Shown here piece by piece: positions 46,414 to 58,354 of a stretch of 64,000 nucleotides of DNA; within the stretch, counting starts at the first letter, position 1; every line of letters starts with the position of its first letter. Both the position numbers and the translations under genes were made by a program. Under the pieces are notes generated by a model that saw nothing but the letters and a program-made list of their open reading frames with translations, ran no database searches and was not told the origin of the DNA. Source of the stretch: Alphaproteobacteria bacterium (GTDB lineage: Bacteria; Pseudomonadota; Alphaproteobacteria; MPNO01; UBA830); assembly GCA_964291215.2 (NCBI GenBank), contig OZ219790.1:2016001-2080000 (forward strand). The letters are read 5' to 3'.

Positions 46414-47613
46414 TCAGCCCAGTTCCCTTGCCCGCGCCAGGACTCCGATCATGGATGACTGGAGAAGATAGTTCCTTGCCGCCACGGGATCGGCGGCCGT
46501 CCGCCGCAATTCGTCGTGCTTTGTCCTGCGCGCATCCGCGTCGACCTCCTCGAGGAGCGCCTTGTTGCGCAAGGTCGCCAGCTGGACGTATTCGATTGCT
46601 ATCGGACGCCGTTGCGCATCGTAGCGATCAAGTTCACTCTCGTCCATTCGCCCGTGCCAGACGCCATCGAGCTTCTCGCAGAGATTGACGGCATCGTGAA
46701 TACCGCCGTTCATGCCCATTCCTCCCAGCGGATTGTTTATGTGCGCTGAATCTCCGGCAAGGAAGATCCGTCCCTTGCGATAGGTGTCGGCAACCCGCTG
46801 ATGCACCGCGTAGGCCGTGCGGTGATACGTCTCGTAGTCGCCGTCCTTGGGGCATATCCGCTGCATGCGCCGCTGCACCGACTCGTTGGTCACCAGCATC
46901 TCGGCGCTCTCCCCCGGTCGCGACGGCATCAGGAGACGCCACAGGCCGGGCACCCGCACGAAGACGAACCAGAAATCGACACCCGCAACATAGGCGATCG
47001 GCGCCAGATTCTCGAAATGTTCATCAAACGGATACGCCGTGCTCGCGCACAGCCACAACTCCGGAAAGGTCAGACCGTCGAATCCGATGCCCTGCTCGAT
47101 GCGGACGACGCTCGAGGCGCCGTCGGCCGCGACGAGATAGCGCCCGCGCAGCGTTTCGCGGCCCCCTAGCGTCTCGACTTCGACGGAAACGCCGTCATCA
47201 TCCTGTGCCGCAGCCACGACGCGGTTCTGGAAACGCACGTCGACGCTGCCCGCCCGGGCGAGTTCCTCGACGATGATCTGGGTCAGCTTGTACTGCTCAC
47301 ACTGCACGCGATAGGGGTGCCTGGTATCGTTTTCGAGCACTCCGAGATCCCATTCCGCGATGACGCCGTCTCGGGCATCCCGATACTGCCAGACCGGACA
47401 GATGATGCCCTCCGAAATGAGGCGCTCGACGACGCCGAGTTCGTCGAGCATGTCCAGGGTCGGCGGGTGAAACGTCGAGGCGCGCAGATCCTCGGGGAGT
47501 TCGGCGCACGCTTCGAGAAGCGTTACCGGAATGCCGTTTTGCGACAGCTGCAGCGCCGCCACACAGCCGACCGGGCCGGCACCGGCTATCAGAACGCGAT
47601 CATCGCCTCTCAT
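46414..47613 (-). CDS. FAD-dependent monooxygenase
   Basis: VLIAGAGPVG, LVAADGASSVVR, GRIFLAGDSAHINNPLGGMGMNGGIHDA. Confidence 0.9.
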   Translation of the reverse strand: MRGDDRVLIAGAGPVGCVAALQLSQNGIPVTLLEACAELPEDLRASTFHPPTLDMLDELGVVERLISEGIICPVWQYRDARDGVIAEWDLGVLENDTRHPYRVQCEQYKLTQIIVEELARAGSVDVRFQNRVVAAAQDDDGVSVEVETLGGRETLRGRYLVAADGASSVVRIEQGIGFDGLTFPELWLCASTAYPFDEHFENLAPIAYVAGVDFWFVFVRVPGLWRLLMPSRPGESAEMLVTNESVQRRMQRICPKDGDYETYHRTAYAVHQRVADTYRKGRIFLAGDSAHINNPLGGMGMNGGIHDAVNLCEKLDGVWHGRMDESELDRYDAQRRPIAIEYVQLATLRNKALLEEVDADARRTKHDELRRTAADPVAARNYLLQSSMIGVLARARELG

Positions 47614-47656
47614 GAATGCGCGCCCGCCGGCCGAACTGCGGATCGGGAGAACGACA

Positions 47657-48073
47657 TCATCCGTCCAGCAGTCCTTCTTCCCTAGCCTGGTCGAGGGCTT
47701 CGGCGGCGCTGCGGAACGCATCGACACCTGCCGGAATACCGCAATACACGGTTGCATGGGCAAGTGCGTCGCGGATTTCCTCGACCGTGCAGCCGTTCCT
47801 CAACGCGCCGCGGGTGTGGGCCTTCAGCTCATGCATCTTGCCAAGCGCGGTGAGGATCGCCAGATTCATCAGGCTCCGCATCTTGTGATCCAGCGTGTCG
47901 TTGGTCCACGCCCCGCCCCAACAATACTCGGTGACCATGGTCTGGATCACGCCCGTGAACGGATCCGTCTTGGCCCGTTCGATCTGGGGGTCGACATAGG
48001 TCTTGCCAAGCACTTTCCTGCGCACTGCGAGACCCGCGTCGAATAGTTTTTCGTTAGTTGGTTCAATAGCCAT
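47657..48073 (-). CDS. Carboxymuconolactone decarboxylase family protein
   Basis: GLAVRRKVLG..YV, TEYCWG, RSLMNLAIL, H.RGALRNG, YCGIPAG. Confidence 0.88.
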   Translation of the reverse strand: MAIEPTNEKLFDAGLAVRRKVLGKTYVDPQIERAKTDPFTGVIQTMVTEYCWGGAWTNDTLDHKMRSLMNLAILTALGKMHELKAHTRGALRNGCTVEEIRDALAHATVYCGIPAGVDAFRSAAEALDQAREEGLLDG

Positions 48074-48454
48074 GCCTTGATCTCCCGTGGCAGGTTGAGG
48101 CGTATCCGGAAGGGGACGGATCCTCGAAATTATCGGACCCGCTGGGCGCCGAAACTGGCACAACGGATCCCCCTGCGCAAGAAACCCGCGATTCTGCTGA
48201 TGCCACCCCGCCGGGGCCGGTTGCGGCCCCGAAAACCGCCCCCGTTCCAGCTTCACTGCCGGGACGGCAATCCTCACGCAGGCATTTCTGCCTTCCATCG
48301 CCAATGCCCGGAAATCCGGAATCGAGCGAGTAAGGCGAAGCCCTCGCGGCAAAGGGCTGCCGTCTCGCCAATCTGCGCATCGACCTCTCCCTTGGGCAAC
48401 TGTGCATACCGGCGGCCGGCGGCTAATCGCGGCCAACCCAACATGAGTGCGCGT

Positions 48455-48590
48455 GGCGACGCAGGATCTGCGAACATACGAACCCCAACGCTGGCCCGAT
48501 GTCGTGTTGTCTGCGGCTCGAAGAGCGGCAATATATCTGGTGCGCATTTCTCCGATGTCTGTCAGATTCTCCCTGCCTCATGCAAACGGC
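48455..48590 (-). pseudogene. C-terminal remnant of a Fic-family protein
   Basis: RTRYIAALRAADN.DIGP resembles Fic C-termini; very short. Confidence 0.35.
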
Positions 48591-48600
48591 CGCGGCCCTT

Positions 48601-49440
48601 TCAATCTGACACCATTGAGTTCATTGATTTCTGCATATCGAGTTTCCGCATCGCTCGGTGATATTCGTTGAAATTGAGGAGGATCTTGTAACCCTGCCAG
48701 AGTTTCTCGGTTCCCGGCAGGGGTTGGCGTTTGCCGGGGATGAAGCCTGCCACGCGTGCGACCTCGATGGCGAAGACTTTGATGGTCGGTTCAGGATCGG
48801 GAGGTCCACGCGGTTGGTGTCGTCTGACGGGCTTGTGGATGTTCAGGACCGTGATCTCGTCGCGGTGGACGATGTAGCTGGCCGGCGTGCGAGACGCTCG
48901 ACAGTCATGACGCGGCATGCGGTGATGGCGTCGAAGGCCGGACACTTCCTCAGGTCGTCGGCCTGGCCGGTCCTCGATCCGTGTGCCGACCTTCAGGGCC
49001 TTGAAGTATTCTTCAATCAGCCATCGCCTTTCGTGGAAGGAGATGGTGTCGAGGGCAGCGGTGACGTCGCCTTCGGTGGTGAGCAGCATCCAGTCGAGGG
49101 GATCTGCCGGTGGGCCGGGTTCCGTGATGTGTACGGCCATCATGGAGAGCGGCGGCGTTCCCCGGGGCTTCCGGTCCGGTGGCGCAAGGTCGACCCTTGC
49201 CGTGCGGCCTTCGAGGCCCTTGCGCTCCTTGCGGCGGCGCGGCCCTCCGCAGGCTGCGATGTCGATCGGCCTGGTCGCGATGCACGGCTCATCGGCCATG
49301 TGGTCCCGAAGGTCCCGTTGCGCGCCCGTTGCGGTGACCACGCGGCGGCATGTCGAGCGCCTGACGCGCACCAGCAGACCAGCTCCGGGCCAGCAGGTCC
49401 CGGATGTCGCCTTCACGGATCACCAGCACCCTTGTCGAGG
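48601..49440 (-). mobile_element. IS4-family transposase 3' remnant
   Basis: LDWMLLTT, RWLIEEYFKALKVG.RIE, ARVAGF.P.KRQPLPG..KLWQG. Confidence 0.75.
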
Positions 49441-49442
49441 GA

Positions 49443-50315
49443 GATTACGCAACCTGATGTCTGGAAATTGTCGTGAATCTGATCGAGCTGTTCCCATTTG
49501 ATGTATGCCTTGGTTTCGGTTTCCCATTTTTCGTCGATGAGGACTGCGGTTGAGAGGCGCTCCAACGAGGCGAGGTTCGGAAAGACCCTGACTTTGGAGG
49601 TGCGCCGCTTGAGCTCTTGCCGGATCGGTCGCTCGATACCGTTCAAGGTTCGCATACGTTTGCGGTGAGCATCGGGCAAGGTGAAGACAGCGAGCCCCGC
49701 ATTCTTTTCCAGCCAGGAAGCCTGGATGCTTGTCGCGATAGCTGGCCACGAGGGCGCCCAGTTCAGCCTCGGCGGTTTGGAGTGAGGAGGCGTGGCTCCG
49801 AGCTGTTTTCCGATACGTTTCCTGATGTCGTTGTTCGGTGCGTGCTGCACGGCGTTTTGTGCCAAGTGGAACTGGCAGCGCTGCCACGTCGCCGCGCCCA
49901 GCACCGCGCGTCGTGCCGCTTTCAGCCCGGCATGGTCATCCGAGACGATGAAGGTCGTACCATGCAGGGCTAGCAAGCTTTCCAGGAAGGCTCTCCAATG
50001 GACCTCGGCCTCGGAGAGCGCCACAGAGAGCCCCGGAACGTGCCTGCAGCCCCTATTCCGATGGCCGAGAGCATTGCAACATCGCGCACAACGCCGTCAT
50101 GGCGGGCTTTTTCATAGCGCGCATCCAGGATCAGGTATTTCATCAGGGGCGGGTTGCGCGGCGAGTTCTTCATCGAGCAACCTGGTGGCCCGGCTGACCT
50201 GAGAAGAGGACAGGCTCCCGAACTCGCGCATTACATCCTGCCGCGTGGAAACACCCTTGATGTACATCTCGGCTACGGCGCGAGAAGATCGCTGGCCGCG
50301 TTCAAGCGACTGGGG
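49443..50315 (-). mobile_element. IS256 element, 5'-truncated
   Basis: Right TIR at 49443; homologous to the other IS256 copies. Confidence 0.82.
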
Positions 50316-50409
50316 ATAGAAAAAAAACGGGGATACTGTAACTTGATGTCTGGAAATTTGTCTGAGGTTTGCGCTTTGAGGCGTTTTACTGGGGGAGGGG
50401 GGGCTAGCC

Positions 50410-52346
50410 CTCGCATGTCACGGAAATTTTAGCTGGACAACGGTGTTTCAGCGTGGCATAAGTGTCCCATGTCACAGATCAGCCGCACATTGCGGGACGA
50501 GGCAGCAGTTGCGCGGATTGCGTCGCTGCTGTCCTGTGAGCAGTTCGACAGCCGGTCGGCTCTGGGTCGTCTGCGAGGAGTTTGCCTTTGTCGACGCGCG
50601 CGGCCGTCTGCAGCTTGCCGGCTGCCTGAGGGCGCTGGGCGCCCGGAGATCGTCCTGCCGGCGCCGAAGTCACCGACAATCGACCGCCGGCCTCGCCTGT
50701 TGGTATCGCTGCAGAAGTTCCGGCGCGCGCATTCGGGATCATCGTGGTCGGGGATCGTATTGACCGGGCGGTCACGCTGATTGCGCGTGAACACCCGCGA
50801 CGACCTTCGCCGGCTGCCAATATCTTGTGGGCTCGGCGCACGGGTGGCGCGGCGGGGTTTGCCGCGGCTGCGCAGCGCGGGACCGCTGGATGGAACGACG
50901 GGCAGCGCCGGGGCCACCTGCAGCTGATCGTCTGTCTGAGCCGTTTCTTGATCAGGTGCTTTGCCCGCCCAGCGATGTGCGCATCCTGCGCCGCGTGACT
51001 TCGAGGACCGTTTCGACCATGGCTCAGTTTTGCCGATGAAGGTTACCCTGCCTGCGCGCGGCCAACTTCCTGTGCAGGACCGAAGGCCGGCAGGACCGGG
51101 AGACGGTGAAGACGGTCTTCGTGGCCGAACTGGAGCGCTCGTGGCGCAGGAAGCTGGGGAGGTCGATCATGCGCCCTCGCCGGGAGAGGGTCTGAACGAC
51201 TGGGCGCAGAACGAGTTTGGAGGGGGGTGACAAGCGACTTTCTGCGCGCCTGGAGCGCCGGCCTTCTGGCGACCGGTCAGAAGATCAATGCGTCTCCCAG
51301 CGCCGACAACACCGCGATCAATGCGTTTTACCGGATGGTCGCCCTCGGAGATCACGCCGGCGAACATTCTTGCGCCGCACCGGCAGCATCCGTGGCCAGA
51401 AGACGGTTCTTGCCGGACGGCACGGACCTGAACTTCTCCCGGCCTGCAGGTGAGAACCAGACCGGGGCCTCAAGCCTGCATGCGACCCTGGCGGTGACTG
51501 ACCTGCCACTCGGGGTGCTGGGTCCGGTGAAGCCCCGGTCGCAGGAGACACGCCGCAGCTCGAGGGGTTCAAGGCGCTGCCACCCCGGCGGCAAGACGCG
51601 CGTCATCTCCGTCGAGAAGCCGACATCTTCGAGCTGTTCGACACGCGCTTGCCCCGCGTCGATCTGCGCGCCAAGCATGACAGGGTGCTGAAGGAGGGAA
51701 GGCTGTTCGCCGTCATGGCCGGCGGCCTGATTGAGATCGAGGGACTGACGAAGCAAGCCAGCCGGAAGAAGGCCCGCGCGACAGAAGCGCCTGGCGAGTT
51801 GCGGTCCGTCACCCGTGACGGGCACCGCCCCCAGCGCGAAGCCGGTGTCCCTGCACGGGGTCAGGGAGCGCCCGAAGGTGAGGATCCCGTGGTGCCTGCT
51901 GACCACCGTGCGGGTCGGCGAAGGAGGCGGCCGACATCGTCGGCTTCTACCTTCAGCGCTGGCGAATCGAGGATTACGTGCTCAAATCCGGATGCAGGGT
52001 GGAACACCTTCTGTTCCGCACCGCCTGCAGCGGGCGATCAACGCCGTCATCGCGCATCATGACCCGGCCGCCAGGTGCGAGCCGCAGCTGATGTTCACCG
52101 ACAGCGAACTCGCGCGACTACGCACACAAGTACGCCCTGAAGGAACCGGAGCGTCTCGCCGATGCGGTGCACCTGGTCGCCCATCTCGGCGGCTACCGCA
52201 GCACGCCCGGGTCACCAGATCATGTGGCCAGACACACCAGTGCCGCACTGGGTCACCAAATCGGCCGGGAAATCGGGTTCCGGGATGGACAAAGACACGC
52301 GTGAACACGTAAACCATTGTCAACCAGATTTGTCATGACACGGCAG
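50410..52346 (+). mobile_element. IS4/DUF4338 copy between two inverted IS256 left ends (50332-50409, 52347-52416)
   Basis: TSD GGCTAGCC; both flanks read outward as TACTGTAACTTGATGTCTGGAAATT. Confidence 0.8.
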
Positions 52347-52419
52347 GGCTAGCCCCCCAGTGAAACGCCTCAAAGCGCAAACCTCAGACAAATTTCCAGA
52401 CATCAAGTTACAGTACCGA

Positions 52420-53349
52420 TCGCCGCCCGCGCCCGCCCCAGGCGGCGCCGGAAGGCAGGCCGCTGCGCTCAACCATCGCGTGTTCGTCGACCATGGACAA
52501 CAATTTCGGAGAAAGGGCTGTCAGGGGCCCGGCCAACGGGCGGAAGCCCGGCTTCGGTTCCGACAGCATGGACGGTTGTCATGTACACGGCACGGTCGCG
52601 AGGAGCGGCCTCGACGTTCTGCGCTGGCGCCTGCGCGGAGAACGGCGGCCCGGCGATCTGTCGCCTTGGTTGCCGTGAGCCCGGAGAGGCGGCGGAGATT
52701 CGCAGCGCCGCCGTGAGGTCGAGGGCGCGACTTCATGGTCGCGCAGATGCGGCTGCTGAGCGAACTGACGATCACGGAGCGGACCCCATCGCCCGCGCCT
52801 TCTGCCGCCGCCAGCCCCGAAGCTGATCACACCGCCGCCCCGAAGACCCTCGACGAGCCCCGCCCGCTGACACTGCCTCGGATACACGCGCCTGGCGGCG
52901 CCGCAGATGCGCTACGCGGTTCATGACCGGAACGGCGAGCCGCTGCTTCTCGACCGCCGCATGGACCGCGCGCTGCAACACCACGCCCGTGCCCTGCGAG
53001 ACCCTGGTCGAGGTCCCGCGCCGCGGCGTCTGCCGGCCGCGTCGGAACAACCAGCGGCCGCTACGACCGACATGACAGAAGCCGAAGAAGGACATCTGGC
53101 CCGCTCCGCAAGGACTGGAAGCGGACCCTCAATCGCTGACCCCTGCAACCGGCACGGGATGGCGCTCAGCTCCTCCTCCGCAGCGCCGGGACAAAACCGC
53201 GACCAATGCGGAAAACACGGCATCGCGCCAGTGCCCCTCACCGCGCATCCCGGTGCACGAAACCGCTCCGGATGACGCTGGAACTTCCTGACAAAAGCCC
53301 GTCAAACGGACGAAAACAACAACACCTCACCCCACGAACGAACGCTTAT
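52420..53349 (+). mobile_element. Second IS66-type remnant (TnpC C-terminus plus right end)
   Basis: MDNNFGERAVRGPANGRK..FGS, DLSPWLP; end CACGAACGAACGCTTA shared with 6078-6751. Confidence 0.6.
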
Positions 53350-53792
53350 CAGTTTTTCTGCCGATAATCACAAGGCGATAACCTGTTGGCATGCAGCATG
53401 AAACAGGCGATCGCCTGATTTATCGAATATTGCAATGAGGCCTTGGCCTGCTGACTTGCCTGATGCGGGCCATGTATGTGACGCTGGGTTTCCGCCCGGC
53501 CTGAACGACCCCGCCACCTTCAGCGCCTGACGCCGTCCTGCAGGCGAACCGATGGAGCCACCAAGATGTGTCGGAACTCCCTTTTGTCGTCCGGCAAGCC
53601 GGAAAGGCTGCAATGATATTGCCTGTTGGGCCGCAACCATATTTGATGGTGTCGAATGCCCCTGACAGGCCCGTTCTTCCCGAACCAAAGCCCAGCCCGC
53701 GCAAAAATGGTCCCGAGGAGATCCCATACACATCGGCCCGGCCCTGTGGTAGTCTACGCTGGTATCAGCTTCCCGAGCACGGAATCAGCAGC

Positions 53793-54389
53793 ATGTCGGA
53801 TTTCAACCTTCGCGATGGCGACACCATCGACTTCCTCCTGTCGCGCCGCTCCATCCTCGCCCGCATGATGGACGGACCCGGTCCCGACGAACAGGACCTG
53901 CGCAAGATCATGGAAGCGGGAATGCGGGTTCCCGATCACGGGCGGCTGGCGCCGTGGCGTTTCATCGTCATACGCGGAGATGCACGCGAAAGGCTCGGCG
54001 CGACCCTCGGCACCGCCTTCCTCAAAAACAACCCCGATGCGATCGAGGAGCAGGTTGGGCTCGAACGCGAACGCCTTACCCGGGCGCCCGTCGTGATCGC
54101 GGTCGTGTCAAAGACCGTCAAGGAACACAAGATCCCGGAATGGGAGCAAATACTGTCGTCCGGGGCCGCCTGCCAGACCATGCTAATCGCTGCACTCTCC
54201 ATGGGATACGCGGCCCAGTGGATCACCGAATGGTACGCGTACGATCCCGAGGTAAAGCGGGCGCTAGGGCTGGATACAGACGACCAGATCGCCGGCTTTC
54301 TCTATCTCGGGCACGAAGCCGAGGAGCCGACGGAACGCAACCGCCCGGACTATGACGACATCGTTTCGGAGTGGATGCCGACCGGCTGA
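53793..54389 (+). CDS. Nitroreductase (YdjA-like)
   Basis: LLSRRS, RVPDHGRLAPWRF, RAPVVIAV, IPEWEQ, GYAAQWITEW. Confidence 0.9.
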   Translation: MSDFNLRDGDTIDFLLSRRSILARMMDGPGPDEQDLRKIMEAGMRVPDHGRLAPWRFIVIRGDARERLGATLGTAFLKNNPDAIEEQVGLERERLTRAPVVIAVVSKTVKEHKIPEWEQILSSGAACQTMLIAALSMGYAAQWITEWYAYDPEVKRALGLDTDDQIAGFLYLGHEAEEPTERNRPDYDDIVSEWMPTG

Positions 54390-54425
54390 CCCGCCCTTCC
54401 CCGGACACGGAGAACGGCCGCGTCC

Positions 54426-55415
54426 CTACGCGCCCATCGCCAGAACTACCTTGCCGCGGATCCGGCGGTCGCGCAGGACTTTGCAGGCCACGGTAACGTC
54501 CTCGAGCGGATAGACGGCTTGGATCGGCATTTCGACGCTACCGGATGCGATCAGGTCGAATATCTCGGCTTGCACTTCGCGCACGCGCGCCGGCTCTCGT
54601 TCGCGGTATTCAGCCCAGTTCAGACCAGCGACGGCGATGTTCTTGAGAAGCGTGTAATTGGTGCGAACCGCCGGAATCGTTCCACTGGCAAAGCCCACGA
54701 CGATCGCGCGGCCGCCGAATTCGAGCGCCCTGATGGCGCCGTCGAACGCATCGCCGCCAAGCATCTCGACCACGACATCGACGCCGCCGCCGGTGATCGC
54801 CCGGACCTGCTCCCGAATCGAATCCCTGAGGTCGCCGGCCGACAGGTCGACCAGATGCCGCGCACCGGCAGCAACGGCAGCATCGCTCTTGTCCATGGTC
54901 GTCAGCCCGGCAATGGCCTCGCAGCCATGCGCTGCAGCAAGCTGCAGCGCCGCCAGCCCGACGCTACCAGATGCGCCCGTGACCAGTACCCGATCGCCGG
55001 CCGCCGCGCGCGCGCGTTCGTGGAGCGCGAAATGCGCCGTCTGGAACGCGATGCCGCAGGCAGCCGCCTGCTCGAAGCTCACGCCGTCGGGAACCGGGTA
55101 GCAGTTTTTCTCGGCAACGACGATCTCTTCCGCGTAGGCGCCCCATTCCACCTGCGCCATGACGCGGTCGCCGGGCTCAAAGAGCGTTACCTCTCCGCCG
55201 ACCGCAGTGACGACTCCGGCCCCTTCCTTGCCCGGCGTGAACGGAAGCGGCGGACGCACCTGGTACTTGCCCTCGATGACCAGCAGGTCGGGAAAATTGA
55301 CCGCAGCGGCCCTGCATCCGACCACCACCTCGTCAGGACCGGGTTCCCGCCCGGACATGTCTTCAACGACTAGATTCTCGGGAGGCCCGAGTGCCTTCAC
55401 GACCGCTGCGCGCAT
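54426..55415 (-). CDS. NADPH:quinone oxidoreductase family (MDR)
   Basis: VNFPD...GKYQ..PPLPFTPG.E, VLVTGASGSVG, VGFASG.IP, LLKNIAV.G. Confidence 0.9.
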   Translation of the reverse strand: MRAAVVKALGPPENLVVEDMSGREPGPDEVVVGCRAAAVNFPDLLVIEGKYQVRPPLPFTPGKEGAGVVTAVGGEVTLFEPGDRVMAQVEWGAYAEEIVVAEKNCYPVPDGVSFEQAAACGIAFQTAHFALHERARAAAGDRVLVTGASGSVGLAALQLAAAHGCEAIAGLTTMDKSDAAVAAGARHLVDLSAGDLRDSIREQVRAITGGGVDVVVEMLGGDAFDGAIRALEFGGRAIVVGFASGTIPAVRTNYTLLKNIAVAGLNWAEYREREPARVREVQAEIFDLIASGSVEMPIQAVYPLEDVTVACKVLRDRRIRGKVVLAMGA

Positions 55416-55504
55416 GCTTGCTCCATTACTGTCCCACCGCCGGCGCCTTCGCCAGACAGGTGGCCGTTTTCCATGAGGAGGCCGGGTACGGGACGCTCTG
55501 CGTT

Positions 55505-56227
55505 CTACGCTTCGAGGATGCGCCACCCCCGGCTGCCCATGACTTCCAGCGGACGGAAGCGCGCCTTGTAGTCCATCTTCTCCGAACCCTCAATCCAGTA
55601 GCCGAGATAGACCATCGACAGGCCGAGTTCCCGGGCGCGGGCGACCATTGACAGGATCATGTAGGTGCCAAGACTGCGGCGCTCGAGCCGGGCGTCAAAG
55701 AAGCTGTAGACCGCCGACAGCGAATCGCGCAGGCGATCCATCAGCATGACCGCAACGAGCGTCCCGTCGGAATCGCGGTATTCGACAATGCGCGACGCCA
55801 CCGGCGAGTCTTCGACCATCTCACGATAGTCCTCGAATGACATCGACGACATCTCGCCGCCGCCGTGGCGAGTCTGCTGGTAGGCCTCGAAGAGGCAGTA
55901 CTGCTCCTCCGTTGCCATCACATCCATGTCGACCAGCGTCAGGTCGGCGTTGCGGTTGATGACCCGTCTGAAGGACCTGGTCGGCTGGAAGTCCGGGACC
56001 ACGATGCGGACCGGCACGCAGGCGTCGCATTGCGGGCAGGCGGGCCTGTAGGCGACGCCGTGGCTACGCCGAAAACCGGCTTCCGACAACCACTCGTAGA
56101 GATCGTCGGCGTCGGGTCCCGACAGATGGGTAACGACCTTCCGTTCCATGCGGCCCTGGATATAGGGACACGGCAGGATGCGCGTACCGAAGAAGAGACG
56201 TTCCGGATCCGTCAGTGGCTGATTCAT
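55505..56227 (-). CDS. ate: Arginyl-tRNA-protein transferase family (Ate/Bpt)
   Basis: PCPY..GRMERK, GFRRSH..AYRPAC..C.AC, RHGGG.M, LSAVYSFFD, SLGTYMIL, YLGYWI..S.KMDYK. Confidence 0.88.
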   Translation of the reverse strand: MNQPLTDPERLFFGTRILPCPYIQGRMERKVVTHLSGPDADDLYEWLSEAGFRRSHGVAYRPACPQCDACVPVRIVVPDFQPTRSFRRVINRNADLTLVDMDVMATEEQYCLFEAYQQTRHGGGEMSSMSFEDYREMVEDSPVASRIVEYRDSDGTLVAVMLMDRLRDSLSAVYSFFDARLERRSLGTYMILSMVARARELGLSMVYLGYWIEGSEKMDYKARFRPLEVMGSRGWRILEA

Positions 56228-56409
56228 GTCCGGGCTCAGGGACGACGGGTCCGGGACGCCCGCCGCGCTCTCCATCGTGTTGTCACGGTGCCGGCAACCA
56301 GGTGGCAACGCCCGGGACCGGCGATCCGTACAGAGAACCCCAGTCTAGCGTGGCATGCACGGCGTTCAAGGCCGCGCATGCGGGCGGGTACGCGCCGCCC
56401 GCATGCCTC

Positions 56410-57345
56410 GCGACCTTCGAATCCATCGGTAATTCGGTGCCCGACAACTCGGGCCGCCGGTCGATGAAGCGCGCCGAGCGATGACTCGCGGAATGCGAGG
56501 GTCGCGCAGTTCGCACGCTCCTGGAGAACGACTATCTCCTTGGCGTGGCCGACGAAACCCGGCTGGGCGCATTGCGCTTCCGTCGGGCTGGCGACCAGAC
56601 GTTCGAGGCTCCGATTCGCACAGGCATGCCGGCTCTGATCGCGCTTGACCGTCTGCTTCAGATCACTGAGCGAATTCTCCGCGACGAGGAAACCGACGAA
56701 TATCTCCGGCTCATCTTCGCGCCCGGTTCCTCCCTGGGCGGCGCGCGCCCGAAGGCGTCGGCGGTCGACCAGTACGGCCGCCTCTCGATCGCCAAGTTTC
56801 CGAAGGAGACCGACGGTTACTGCATGGAAACTTGGGAGGAGATTGCGCTGCGTCTGGCCAACCAGGCGGGGGTCATCACGCCCACGCATGATCTGATCGA
56901 TGTCACCGGCAAGAAGGTCATGCTGTCACGGCGCTTCGATCGCTAAGGCGCAATCCGTATTCCATTCCTGTCGGCCATGGCGATGATGGGTGCGCGAGAT
57001 GGCGAGCGCGGCAGCTACCCCGAGATCGTCGATGGTCTCGCGGAACATAGCGCCCAAGGAAAGACGGACGCCCATGCTCTTTATCGGCGCATCGTCTTCA
57101 ACGTGTTGATCTCCGATGTCGACAATCACCTGCGCAACGACGGCTTCCTGTAACTCGGCAGGACGAGATGGTCACTCTTTCCCGCCTACGACCTCAATCC
57201 TGTATCCGCAGACCTCAAGGCACATGTCCTGACGACCAACATCGATCTCGACGAGGGCACCTGTTCGCTCGATCTGCTGGAGGCCGTCTCAGGGTATTTT
57301 GCGCTGACGCTGGCGCAGGCCCGTCCGATCATCTAGGAAGTCGCG
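56410..57345 (+). pseudogene. hipA: HipA-family toxin kinase pseudogene
   Basis: RLGALRF, GSSLGGARPKA, IAKFP, RRFDR, D.HLRN.GFL, PAYDLNP; in-frame stops at 56482, 56944, 57151, 57334. Confidence 0.82.
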
Positions 57346-57654
57346 ACGAATGTGGAACGGACAGCCGCTCTTCCCGGACAACGGATCCAACCTGCCCTGT
57401 TCCGCGACGATCGACTACCGACAGGGTGCCGCCAACGGAATCCCCATCAGACAGTGTGCCAACGCTCATACGTCATACCGCCGGGAATTTCTTCCGCCTC
57501 CCGACGAACTTTTGCGCCACGCTGAAACAACCAGGACCGGCGGTGCTATAATCGACTGATGGTGTTTCGACAACCGGAATCCCATTCTCCTCGAATCCGA
57601 ATCATGGGTCCGTCCCTTTCTGTCTGGACAAAAGCGGACTGACCGGGCTTCTCC

Positions 57655-57847
57655 CACGAAGATCCCACGCTGCTAATCCGGCGACGACTGGAGAGATTTT
57701 TACAGTTTGCGTCGCGCTGCAATCGTGCCGCCAAGACTCGATAGAGCTTTCTCGGCACAAAAATTGCGATCAAGGAGGCGATCTGTGATAACGCGAGCCC
57801 CAACGCATTCGGATTTCGCGTCTCCGAATTAGCATGGGATCACCGTG
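57655..57847. repeat. ~190-bp MITE-like dispersed repeat, copy 3
   Basis: Same ends and body as 6402-6592. Confidence 0.7.
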
Positions 57848-58354
57848 GGGCTTTTCCGGACCGCCAGCTTGTCTGTCCCCATTTGTCCTCGATTGTCCGG
57901 ACAGGCGGAAACCAGAAGGGACAAACGAAGAGTCATAACAGTGTAAAGTTGCCGCTGGAGCGCCATGCAGCGGGATCGAGAACGCCGCCGCGGCGCGCAG
58001 GCCTCGTTGCAACAGTTTTCCGTTGACGGACGCGTCCTATCTCCTGTCCATCCGCATTGGTGCCACAGCTCTGCGGGAGCCTTCCGTGTTCACGGCAAGA
58101 CTCGAGGGCAGAATTAATACCGGCCACAGACGGTCCGGCCGGAAAACGAACAGCGCCACCGTCAGCAGCCGGTCCGGAGCAGGGTTGCAGCCCGCCCGCT
58201 TATCTGACAAAACCGGCAAAATCCCGACAGTGCGCCGCTCAGCGCCCCGTCTGCGGAGGATGCCGCTTCGGCTGTCTTTCCCGGGCCGGCGCCACGCGAA
58301 CCGGAAACGCCGCCCGGCGCGGACTGGAATCCGAGCGATTTCGAGGAACGAAGC

